Shown: one piece after another, positions 35,701 through 42,022 of the stretch
Layout of the letters: every line of letters begins with the position of its first letter
Numbering within the stretch: position 1 is the stretch's first letter
Assembly: GCA_003250375.1 (NCBI GenBank)
Contig: QKGR01000019.1
Coordinates: 1-43,986 of the forward strand
Direction of reading: 5' to 3'
Length of the DNA stretch: 43,986 bases
Source: Candidatus Shapirobacteria bacterium
GTDB lineage: Bacteria; Patescibacteriota; Microgenomatia; UBA12405
Program-made: the position numbers and the translations under genes
The notes under the pieces: model-generated
What the model was told of the DNA's origin: nothing
Seen by the model: only the letters and a program-made list of their open reading frames with translations
Database searches by the model: none

Positions 35701-36717
35701 GAGGTGGAAGTTGAGGGCTTTGATTTGGTGAGTGAAGAAAAAGTAAGTTTGGACAGGGAATTGGTTAAACTTGAGATTGATTTGAAGGATAACTTTACAA
35801 TAGGTATTCCAAATTTTGAGAATAGTAAGGGAAATACGATTAGTGAAAATGGTTGGTGGAGTATGCCTTTGGAGCAGTGTCGCGGAGGAGAGAATAGGCT
35901 GCAAAGAGATATTGATGGAGTGACGGTGAATTTAATGAATAATTGTAGTGTGTATATGGCCTTACCTTTTGATTACACGGGCAAATATCCATATTTATTA
36001 GCATATTCATATTGGTTGGGTTCTGGCCAGCAACCAGTGTTGGTAATGGGTAAGGAGGGTGACGATTACTTAGTGGAACGAGCATCGTTGTTGCAAGGAT
36101 ATCCTGGGATTGTGGAGAAAACACTCGCTGATCCTGAGGACAAGAAGACAATTGGACAAATTGAGAGTAAGTTGGAAAATATAGAGCTGATTGGTGCTTC
36201 AAGATTGCTGACCAGCGATGCAAAATTGAATAAGAGTGAGGTTGAGGCTAATATTCACATATTTCAAGACAGTGACAATGAAGCAGTAATGGGATTGAAA
36301 GACTTAAAAATTATGGAGTATCCACAGTCTTGGAAAGAGCTTAGGCTGACACCAGTTGCTGGAGCTGAGCAAGACTTCGAATTACCTAATAATTTTGAGT
36401 TTAGACAAATTTTGCCATCGGTGTGGTTGTTGAATATGGCAGAGATAAACAGTAAGGCTTTGTTGTTGTTTAGACAAGGTTACGACAGGCAATGGGGAGT
36501 ATATAAGAATTTGGGTGATTTGATTCTAAACAAAACAGCGGCTGTAAACAGTCGCTGTGATGGGATAAATAATTGTTTTGAAATCAATCAGGGCGGAAAG
36601 TATATCGTAGCTTATTGGCCGGAAGTACTGAGTATGGCTGGTTGGACAATTACTCTGGGGACAGTTTTCTTTGGACTAATCTGGTGGAAAAGATCGAAGA
36701 AAACAGAAGATAAATAG
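32794..36717 (+). CDS. very large multi-pass membrane protein with a large extracytoplasmic region and a C-terminal TM anchor (GT-C-like glycosyltransferase candidate)
   Basis: 1307 aa. About a dozen hydrophobic helices in the first 450 aa or so, then a long soluble region, then a terminal helix (WTITLGTVFFGLIWW). The architecture is reminiscent of AftD/YfhO-type GT-C enzymes, but the assignment rests on architecture only. Confidence 0.55.
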   Translation: MMKFGIKFWDWVKNKPLLTGLIILLIVITVMSIKPGFYLMGWDNYSSYLNLNQSIFRTLFATWREYRGVGVPSDAEVTDVFRLIFDWIIRWVVPEGWLDQIYYMVALWLGVLGTYLLGVKIGKNFVAKDWSRRGLDLLGGLSGFLYLFNLNTLSVFYSPIIPFTNRYYGLPLVLWAVLNHEEKQSKKSLLVLMLIVVITSGSFITPTVVITTLLALGIFWLFNLNIKKTIAYGALFLALNAFWMLPFVNYSKEKSALVPLARTFVEINESTLNRPADTFDWTKQALMYPSFLDINFPTINKVEANLHPDLDNFQSQTGQLWLMLFVVFYVLGSGLIVIGWKKYIKMLWVPLWILVFLFLSMKEYGPGGSAYIWLKDHIPYFGIIFRISDTKFHAYINLAGSLAGGLMLSSLIVKLGKIKYLKFAAALVVLVLVGYAVNFRSYFNGNMLGFYVYTVMPQAYKEIAKVVNSDKSSGKLLHLPMSNQHHYWRSFDWGYIGSAFFNFMIDRPYVDMTFEPASMENVFVDSRITQLLDNQYLTDGEASKRSEAEKFLKLMNQMGVSYIMVDNSIGSEVDVRNLVYTSKQYVARSESMLKRLESMGLVERVGGYKINLNEMLESYKKIYPVTKTGLPDGTFGDEEVILYKVKQAKSIFEFVPAAVEIDSYLDNLAETDLESSEMLMRQNKEVAGIVEPMSRQNHEVEIGENQISLNYSVMAGKYVVTTGDGDAAVVEVQGNMKGNNLELDFYDRYLPNINGIEYRKKAGSVEFKNIKLSEIGDYSLEIEGMEVNLEGVNENNQTLALLLLHGVDQNVRLYKKEMSEVVGWDDFSETVPLNCYGPGLNGFEGKISEVGGKLELVASNGSACSKSLVASGSERIKIKMKASAEVISKEMPSGLLGKAMDGIGTVVPEGYWCVKSSGEVNCSNKMRQIKLGSDEREYGSGWLDNSLGQAEITVGVVASGGNKFKERIGEVEVEGFDLVSEEKVSLDRELVKLEIDLKDNFTIGIPNFENSKGNTISENGWWSMPLEQCRGGENRLQRDIDGVTVNLMNNCSVYMALPFDYTGKYPYLLAYSYWLGSGQQPVLVMGKEGDDYLVERASLLQGYPGIVEKTLADPEDKKTIGQIESKLENIELIGASRLLTSDAKLNKSEVEANIHIFQDSDNEAVMGLKDLKIMEYPQSWKELRLTPVAGAEQDFELPNNFEFRQILPSVWLLNMAEINSKALLLFRQGYDRQWGVYKNLGDLILNKTAAVNSRCDGINNCFEINQGGKYIVAYWPEVLSMAGWTITLGTVFFGLIWWKRSKKTEDK

Positions 36718-37538
36718 ACGAACTTTTTGAGGAGTCGGTAGAAAGCCCAGTTGAATTCGGCGGAGAAAAGCTTACCGGAAATGTACTGGCCAAGCCAGAA
36801 CAATTTGATATACCAAGGGGCTGGGGTGATTTCTTTGTCGATCCAAAGATGCATTTTCCAGGTAACCTCGTTGAGCTTTTTGAACTTTTTGACCGAAGCA
36901 CATTTGGAATGGAATAAGACGTGAACTAGAGGGGTATGGAGGTTGGCTAATTTGCCGACTTGGGCCATACGAATCCAAAGATGGGTGTCGTTGGCTGGAT
37001 AAAATTCTTGGTCGTGGCCACCGACTTTGAGAGCAACGGCACGACTAAACATAACCGAAGGATCGGAAAAAGGGCTTAGGAAATGCCAGACTTTGCGAAT
37101 CTCGGCATCGTTTTCGAGGAAGTTGAGGACTTGGCTTTGGCCTTTTTCGTTGAAAAGAAGAATAGAAGAGCCAAGAGCGACAACTTCGGGGTGGGCAGTG
37201 AGATATTTTACTTGAGTGGCGATACGGTGGGGGAGCATAGTATCGTCCTGGTTGAGACGGCAGATGTACTTACCTTTGGCTTTCTTGAGGGCGTAGTTGA
37301 TGGCGATGCCTTGACCTTTGTTTTTGGCGAAGGCATAGAAGTGAACTTTGGGGTATTTTTCTTCCAATTTTTGGCAAAGAAGCTTGCTTTGGTCGGAAGA
37401 ACCGTCGTCAACAAGAATAATTTCAATATTTTTGTAGGTACTGCGGAGGGCAGAACGGACGGCCTCGAGAAGATAGGAGGCGCCGTTAAAGACGGGGATG
37501 ACGACAGAAACTAGTGGTTGTGAATTTTGATTTTTCAT
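36612..37538 (-). CDS. family 2 glycosyltransferase
   Basis: VSVVIPVFNGASYLLEAVRSAL...IEIILVDDGSSD and RLNQDD motifs. The start was moved to the ATG at 37538 (MKNQNSQ). The 3' end overlaps the convergent 1307-aa ORF by 106 nt. Confidence 0.8.
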   Translation of the reverse strand: MKNQNSQPLVSVVIPVFNGASYLLEAVRSALRSTYKNIEIILVDDGSSDQSKLLCQKLEEKYPKVHFYAFAKNKGQGIAINYALKKAKGKYICRLNQDDTMLPHRIATQVKYLTAHPEVVALGSSILLFNEKGQSQVLNFLENDAEIRKVWHFLSPFSDPSVMFSRAVALKVGGHDQEFYPANDTHLWIRMAQVGKLANLHTPLVHVLFHSKCASVKKFKKLNEVTWKMHLWIDKEITPAPWYIKLFWLGQYISGKLFSAEFNWAFYRLLKKFVYLSSVFFDLFHQISPKKTVPRVIVQPAILSTSGQ

Positions 37539-37692
37539 AAGAGGATTCGCCGGGATTCCCACCACAGGCGGGCAGGGCACCGGCTCATCAGACCCGTTAT
37601 CCTTCGACTAGCTCAGGAGTACGGATTTCCTCTTTTTCTCTTTCTTCTTTCTTTTTTGTTTGTGTGTGTTGTGTGTTGGGCGCCCGCCCGGC

Positions 37693-37726
37693 GTCAGTGG
37701 TGGTCCCCGAAGGGGCCACCACTGAC
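37693..37726 (-). terminator. GC-rich terminator hairpin after the GC-rich lipoprotein gene
   Basis: GTCAGTGGTGGTCCCC-gaa-GGGGCCACCACTGAC, 10 nt downstream of the stop on the minus strand. Confidence 0.6.
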
Positions 37727-37736
37727 TGTGCGAAGG

Positions 37737-38408
37737 CTAGTGGACCGCGACGGCCCAGATTTCGCATTGCCAGACATTGTCGCTGCGCGCCGGGACTTGG
37801 GGATCGAAGATACCCTGGATCCAGATGCGACCGGCATTGTCGTTGGCATAGCGACCATCGAGGACGTCGGAGACGTCGCTCGGGGTGTTGCAGCCCTTGC
37901 CGTTAGGCGCCCAGACGAACCACGCCTTGTAGCTGTCTAACACGAGCCCGCTGCCTTCATGGACCTCGGCGCCAACCAACTGAGCAATCGCTTGCACGAT
38001 GGGGATATCCCGGAGGAAATCTTCCCATGTAGCATTGCGGGGATTGCCAGCATTGTCGGCGTAGCGGAACATGGGGCCGATCAGCACATCCTGACCGATG
38101 GGCAACGGGTCGTTGTTGCTTTCATCGTAGTTCAGGCTTGAGGAAGCACTGGCAGGCTGGGGCTGCGGGGCACCCTGAGGCAGGTTCTGCGCTTCGGGGA
38201 GCGTGGGGACGGGTTTTTCCGCTTCTGCCTTCATATTGGCAACCTGGGTGCTCAGAAGAGCTACCTGGGTAAGCGCAACATCGGGTGTAGCGGTGGGGGC
38301 GGCGGTTGCCGTCACCACAATAGTTTGAGGGGTCGCGGTGCCTGAGCACGCGGCCATCGATAGGGCGAGGATGCCCAAAACCAAAACGAACCAAAACTTC
38401 TTAAACAT
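37737..38408 (-). CDS. putative lipoprotein, compositionally foreign (GC-rich)
   Basis: Signal peptide plus lipobox (ILALSMAAC), a Thr/Ala/Pro linker, SD AAGGAGA 6 nt upstream, and GC-rich codon choice unlike all neighbouring genes. Confidence 0.65.
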   Translation of the reverse strand: MFKKFWFVLVLGILALSMAACSGTATPQTIVVTATAAPTATPDVALTQVALLSTQVANMKAEAEKPVPTLPEAQNLPQGAPQPQPASASSSLNYDESNNDPLPIGQDVLIGPMFRYADNAGNPRNATWEDFLRDIPIVQAIAQLVGAEVHEGSGLVLDSYKAWFVWAPNGKGCNTPSDVSDVLDGRYANDNAGRIWIQGIFDPQVPARSDNVWQCEIWAVAVH

Positions 38409-38855
38409 CGAAATCTCCTTTCCTCGGCCGAGGAAATCAGGTGTACCAGAAGGAGGATTCCTTCATCGGTTTCTTTTTGAGAAACAAACCTGAAAGCTGA
38501 AATAAATCCCTCTCTCCTTCGATAAACTCAGGAGTTCTCCCTTTAAGGAAAGGAAGAAGAAGAGGAAAAGAATTGATTCCAAGTTTCAGGCTTGTTTGCT
38601 AGAAACGACCTAATTAGCGGTCAAAAAAGAAGATTCTATTTGCCATACGAACAATGCACAGGAAAACACCACATTTTACACATAAACAAGGGTAGAAACG
38701 CATTAAGAATTAATCTTAATGCTGAATACTAGCCGTCGAAAGGACGGTGTTCTTCGAAAAAAGAGAAAAATTGTAAAGGTTCTGTACTACCTCCGAGAGG
38801 GAAGCGCGGTGCTTCGAATCAGAAGCAATACAATTTTTGGCTTTTTATAGCCAAA

Positions 38856-38905
38856 GGAGAAAAGAGTTGAGTGTCTTTAGAGGAGCCACCAACCCCTATC
38901 TCTCC
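38856..38905. repeat. 50-bp direct repeat, copy 1
   Basis: GGAGAAAAGAGTTGAGTGTCTTTAGAGGAGCCACCAACCCCTATCTCTCC is identical to 38939-38988. The copies are separated by 33 bp. Confidence 0.9.
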
Positions 38906-38938
38906 TTTAGCTATAAGCATAGGTTGTTAACGGACATT

Positions 38939-38988
38939 GGAGAAAAGAGTTGAGTGTCTTTAGAGGAGCCACCAACCCCTATCTCTCC
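38939..38988. repeat. 50-bp direct repeat, copy 2
   Basis: Identical to 38856-38905. Confidence 0.9.
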
Positions 38989-39026
38989 AATATCAATTAA
39001 TCAAGATTGTTAATGATCTATCCTAT

Positions 39027-39055
39027 ATTATAGATTATATGACCTATAATGTCAA
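39027..39055 (-). promoter_or_regulatory. consensus sigma70-type promoter firing toward the 50-bp repeats and the GC-rich lipoprotein gene
   Basis: On the minus strand: TTGACA (39055-39050), 17-nt spacer, TATAAT (39032-39027). It is bracketed by the inverted repeat CTATCCTA (39018-39025) / TAGGATAG (39060-39067). Confidence 0.5.
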
Positions 39056-39189
39056 GTACTAGGATAGTATTTACTTAAAAGAATACTAAGATTCTGATGA
39101 GTAAGAGATGTGTATTGGATTGTAAATGTACGGAAAGATAGGATAAAAGCTCTTCCTTCGACTAGCTAAGGATAAAGCACTTATCCTAT

Positions 39190-39208
39190 CCCCTCCAAAG
39201 AGGAGGGG
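39190..39208 (-). terminator. hairpin downstream of the LPXTG gene
   Basis: CCCCTCC-aaaga-GGAGGGG, followed on the minus strand by a second hairpin AGGATAA-gtgct-TTATCCT. There is no clear U-tract. Confidence 0.4.
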
Positions 39209-39223
39209 AAGGAGAATTAAGAA

Positions 39224-39862
39224 TTAAACACGAAGCAACTTTTTGATGGAGAAGAAAAGGCCAGTAGCAAGAGTAGATCCTAGGCCAACGAGGGCGAAAG
39301 GATTGGCACCAGTTTCGGGCAAGCTTTCGGTGGTAGTGGTCGATTGACCATTGCCAACGAAGAAATGAGATTCATCACAGTCGGAAGAGCCGGATTCGGC
39401 CAAAACGCAGACTTTGTTGACTTTCTCTGTGAGAGAAGCGGGAATAATAGTAGCGTCTTTGGTTTGAACACGGATGACAGTGGACTGTTCTTCACCAGGT
39501 CGGATTTCGGGGATTTGCCAGTTGATAGTGTAGTTGTCACTATTGAAAGAGGCACCTTCACGTCCGAAAACGTAGCTAAGGACACGGGGTAGGGAATCGG
39601 TGACCTTGACCCAGGTTAAATTGCGATTACCAGTGTTTTTGACGGTAATTTTGAATTCGAATTGGGTATTTGGGCCGAAAACCATGTAGGAAGAAGGATA
39701 ATTGTCCTGCCAGTCGCCTTCGGATAAGCCTTTGATTTGCTTGTCGACGACGATTTGGTTGACTTCCTCATCGGGTTGGTAATAAGCGTTGGCAGCTTTT
39801 GGAGCCATAGAAGAGACCAAAAGGGCTGCGCTAAGAGCTAAAAATTCCACCTGCTTTGTCAT
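39224..39862 (-). CDS. LPXTG-anchored cell-surface protein with a DUF11/CARDB-like beta domain
   Basis: Signal peptide (MTKQVEFLALSAALLVSSMAPKAANA). VKNTGNRNLTWVKVTDSLP. C-terminal LPETG plus a hydrophobic helix plus KKLLRV. The start was set at the ATG at 39862, downstream of a consensus promoter. Confidence 0.75.
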   Translation of the reverse strand: MTKQVEFLALSAALLVSSMAPKAANAYYQPDEEVNQIVVDKQIKGLSEGDWQDNYPSSYMVFGPNTQFEFKITVKNTGNRNLTWVKVTDSLPRVLSYVFGREGASFNSDNYTINWQIPEIRPGEEQSTVIRVQTKDATIIPASLTEKVNKVCVLAESGSSDCDESHFFVGNGQSTTTTESLPETGANPFALVGLGSTLATGLFFSIKKLLRV

Positions 39863-39893
39863 ATTTAGATTTGAATAAATATTATTATGGGGT

Positions 39894-39921
39894 ATTATAT
39901 CAACAATATAGGACATGTCAA
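39894..39921 (-). promoter_or_regulatory. sigma70-type promoter of the LPXTG gene
   Basis: On the minus strand: TTGACA (39921-39916), 16-nt spacer, TATAAT (39899-39894). Confidence 0.5.
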
Positions 39922-40245
39922 GTTGGGGTGGAGGGAGGGTGAGTATTATTGTCAAATATGCAACGAATGGCATCCACCAAGGAACGGGCAAAGAGTCTAC
40001 TTGGACGCTCATTCTTTGGATCGGAGTCATACTGATGCTGGGATGTGTGTTTGTAGAAACAACGGAAATGGAAATTGTCACGATAAGATACATAAAACAG
40101 CCCAAGAGCCTGAGGAGGTTAGAAGAGTGTCGGAGACGGCGGCACAGCTGGCTGGTTTGGCTTGGGCATACCAAATGATAGAAAATGGTGAGCCTGAAAG
40201 AAGGATTAGAAGACTGTTGAATCGAAGACCTTATTGATTGAATGG

Positions 40246-40265
40246 GGGCGGATTGCAATCCGCCC
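40246..40265. terminator. perfect 20-bp palindrome / hairpin downstream of galU
   Basis: GGGCGGATTGCAATCCGCCC, 7 nt after the galU stop on the minus strand. Confidence 0.5.
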
Positions 40266-40272
40266 TTACAAA

Positions 40273-41160
40273 TTATTGGATAGTGCGGATGAACTCATGA
40301 AGTTGCTGGGAATATTTGGGATCCTTGAGAGCGAGAGTGATGTTGGCTTTGAGCCAGGTAAGAGGGTCGCCGCAGGCGGACCATTGGGAGCCGGAGGCTT
40401 GATAGTCCAATCCCATGATGACTCCATCTTGGGCAGCAGTATTGAAGGCGTTGGTGAGCCAAAGTTCACCTCTGTCGATGGCAGTATTTTCTAAAATTTC
40501 GATAATTTTGGGACTAACTATAAAACGAGCACCTTGGCCGTAGTTGGAAGGGGCATCTTCGAGTTTTGGTTTTTCGACCATGGAGTCGACTCGAAGAGGA
40601 TAATTTGGATCGTCTTTGAATTTTAGAATACCCATGGAGGGGATTTGCCAATCGGGAATTTGTTGGACACCGATGAGGGCTTGAGGCTGATATTGGTTGT
40701 AAGTTTGAATTAATTTGGTGACAAAAGAACCGGGAGTGTCCTCGATGGTGAGGTCGTCGCCCCAGAGGTAGATAACGGGATCCTGACCAATGAAATTTCG
40801 GGCAACTAAGAGTGGTGTGCCGTTGCCATAGGGAAAATCTTTGGTCTGAGGTAGGAATTCGATGTGCTTAATGCGGTCCATCATACGACGCCAAGAATCG
40901 AGTTTGTCGGATTTGCCGGTGTCGGCAAGATATTGTTCGAGAAGTGGGTTGGGTTGGAAATAGTCTTTGATGGTAGTGTCGTCTTCGCGGTGGACAATGC
41001 AAAAATCGGTAATGCCGGCTCCTAAGAGTTCTTCAATGACCCATTGAAGCTGGGGACGGTCGACGACGGGGATGAGATGCTTGGCATAAGTTTTAACAGC
41101 GGGAAGAAAACGGGTGGCCCAACCGGCCACTGGGACGACAGCTTTAGTGATGGGTGTCAT
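40273..41160 (-). CDS. galU: UTP--glucose-1-phosphate uridylyltransferase
   Basis: KAVVPVAGWATRFLPAVKTYAKHLIPVVDRP matches the GalU N-terminal signature. 295 aa. TGaTATCAT ends 5 nt before the ATG. Confidence 0.85.
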   Translation of the reverse strand: MTPITKAVVPVAGWATRFLPAVKTYAKHLIPVVDRPQLQWVIEELLGAGITDFCIVHREDDTTIKDYFQPNPLLEQYLADTGKSDKLDSWRRMMDRIKHIEFLPQTKDFPYGNGTPLLVARNFIGQDPVIYLWGDDLTIEDTPGSFVTKLIQTYNQYQPQALIGVQQIPDWQIPSMGILKFKDDPNYPLRVDSMVEKPKLEDAPSNYGQGARFIVSPKIIEILENTAIDRGELWLTNAFNTAAQDGVIMGLDYQASGSQWSACGDPLTWLKANITLALKDPKYSQQLHEFIRTIQ

Positions 41161-41172
41161 TACTTATGATAT

Positions 41173-41272
41173 CAGTTATTCAGTTATTCAGTTAATCAGT
41201 TAATCAGTTAATCAGTTAATCAGTTAATCAGTTAATCAGTTAATCAGTTAATCAGTTAATCAGTTAATCAGT
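41173..41272. repeat. 8-bp tandem repeat, about 12.5 units of CAGTTAAT (the first two units are CAGTTATT)
   Basis: Read directly from the sequence. It begins 13 nt upstream of the galU ATG. Confidence 0.95.
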
Positions 41273-41546
41273 GGTGGTGCCTGTATGGAGAAGAAATGAA
41301 TTTAGAATAATAGTGGTAGAATGGGGTATGGGAGATAATGAAAAAGTTAGCCAGAAACCACAAGAAGGAGATGTTGGAGTAACTGGTGTACCAATTAGTT
41401 CTGGAGATGTCGTTCGAAGAGAGATTCCACCAGGAAGAGATGCTAAAAATCCGCAAAATGAATGGCCTAGAAGAATAAGGAAACCATAGTTAACCTAAAT
41501 ATAGAAGTATAGAAATTCATTTGCTACAATAAGCGGTAGACTTTAT

Positions 41547-41618
41547 GGGCCCATAGTCCCGATGTGTATCGGGATAAACTACGTTGGTAGCGCGGTCCGA
41601 TGTCCATCGGACAGGTCA
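41547..41618 (+). pseudogene. 5' portion of a decayed tRNA-Ala-like copy carrying hairpin insertions
   Basis: GGGCCCATAG, then an insert (TCCCGATGTGTATCGGGATAAACTA), then CGTTGGTAGCGCG. The hairpin GTCCGATGTCCATCGGAC stands in place of the anticodon arm, followed by AGGTC. It then breaks off. Confidence 0.45.
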
Positions 41619-41668
41619 TTATCAACCGAGTCCTTTTTAAAATTAAGTAAGTCCTTGATATTAAATCA

Positions 41669-41741
41669 GGGCCCATAGCGTAGTTGGTAGCGCGTCCCCA
41701 TGGCATGGGGAAGGTCAGGGGTTCGAGTCCCCTTGGGTCCA
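41669..41741 (+). tRNA. tRNA-Ala (anticodon GGC)
   Basis: Hand-folded cloverleaf. Acceptor GGGCCCA/TGGGTCC with G3:U70. D stem GCGT/GCGC. Anticodon stem TCCCC/GGGGA with loop ATGGCAT. T arm AGGGG-TTCGAGT-CCCCT. Discriminator A. CCA is not encoded. Confidence 0.85.
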
Positions 41742-41745
41742 CTTC

Positions 41746-42021
41746 GTGAATAAAGGGGTTGTTTACATCTTGAAATCACAAACGAATGGTAGATATTATA
41801 TTGGAAGTACGGATGATCTTGATCGGCGTTTGAAAGAACATAATTCTGGAAATTCAAAATATACTTCAGAATCCGGCCCTTGGGAAATCGTGTTTTGTCA
41901 AACATATAAATCTTTGAAAATGGCAAGAACTATTGAATACTGGTTGAAAAGGCAAAAAAGCAGAGTCCTTATCGAAAGAATAATAGTAGATAAGGAGATT
42001 AAGAAGATTGTTACAAGCTAG
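41746..42021 (+). CDS. GIY-YIG nuclease family protein (small, UPF0213/YhbQ-like)
   Basis: VYILKSQTNGRYYIGSTDDLDRRLKEHN matches the GIY-(10 aa)-YIG motif plus the R..H.N continuation. The GTG start is 4 nt after the tRNA-Ala end. Confidence 0.8.
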   Translation: MNKGVVYILKSQTNGRYYIGSTDDLDRRLKEHNSGNSKYTSESGPWEIVFCQTYKSLKMARTIEYWLKRQKSRVLIERIIVDKEIKKIVTS

Positions 42022-42022
42022 T

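Noticed and set aside
37541-37591. Hammerhead-ribozyme-like core on the minus strand: CUGAUGA-GCCGG...CCGGC-GAAU
   Set aside because: - The invariant GAAA is GAAU here, so A15.1 is lost.
- The stem II loop is 21 nt.
- I could not find a stem III hairpin or a GUH cleavage site with a matching stem I.
38425-38445. GAGGAAA string reminiscent of the RNase P RNA GAGGAAAGUCC motif
   Set aside because: Only 7-8 nt match. The rest of the conserved RNase P core is absent, and the string is part of the 18-nt palindrome next to the lipoprotein SD.
38856-38988. Possible mini-CRISPR: two identical 50-bp repeats separated by a 33-bp spacer
   Set aside because: - There are only two repeat copies.
- The repeat is longer than typical CRISPR repeats.
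- No cas genes are in the window.
- The repeats lie inside a transcribed leader downstream of a consensus promoter, so a structured-RNA duplication is more likely.
39863-40258. N-terminal 132 codons of track ORF 39224-40258 (minus) and the overlapping plus-strand ORFs 39887-40237 and 39915-40178
   Set aside because: - A consensus promoter (39921-39894) and a canonical signal peptide define the LPXTG gene start at 39862, so the extension is read-through of non-coding sequence.
- The 116-aa plus-strand ORF overlaps that promoter and has no motif or start signal.
- Weak support for it remains only from the hairpin at 40246-40265.
41271-41489. 72-aa plus-strand ORF starting with GTG inside the end of the octamer array (alternative ATG at 41328)
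   Set aside because: No motif, no SD and no -10 geometry. It may be real but I cannot support it, so it is left unannotated.
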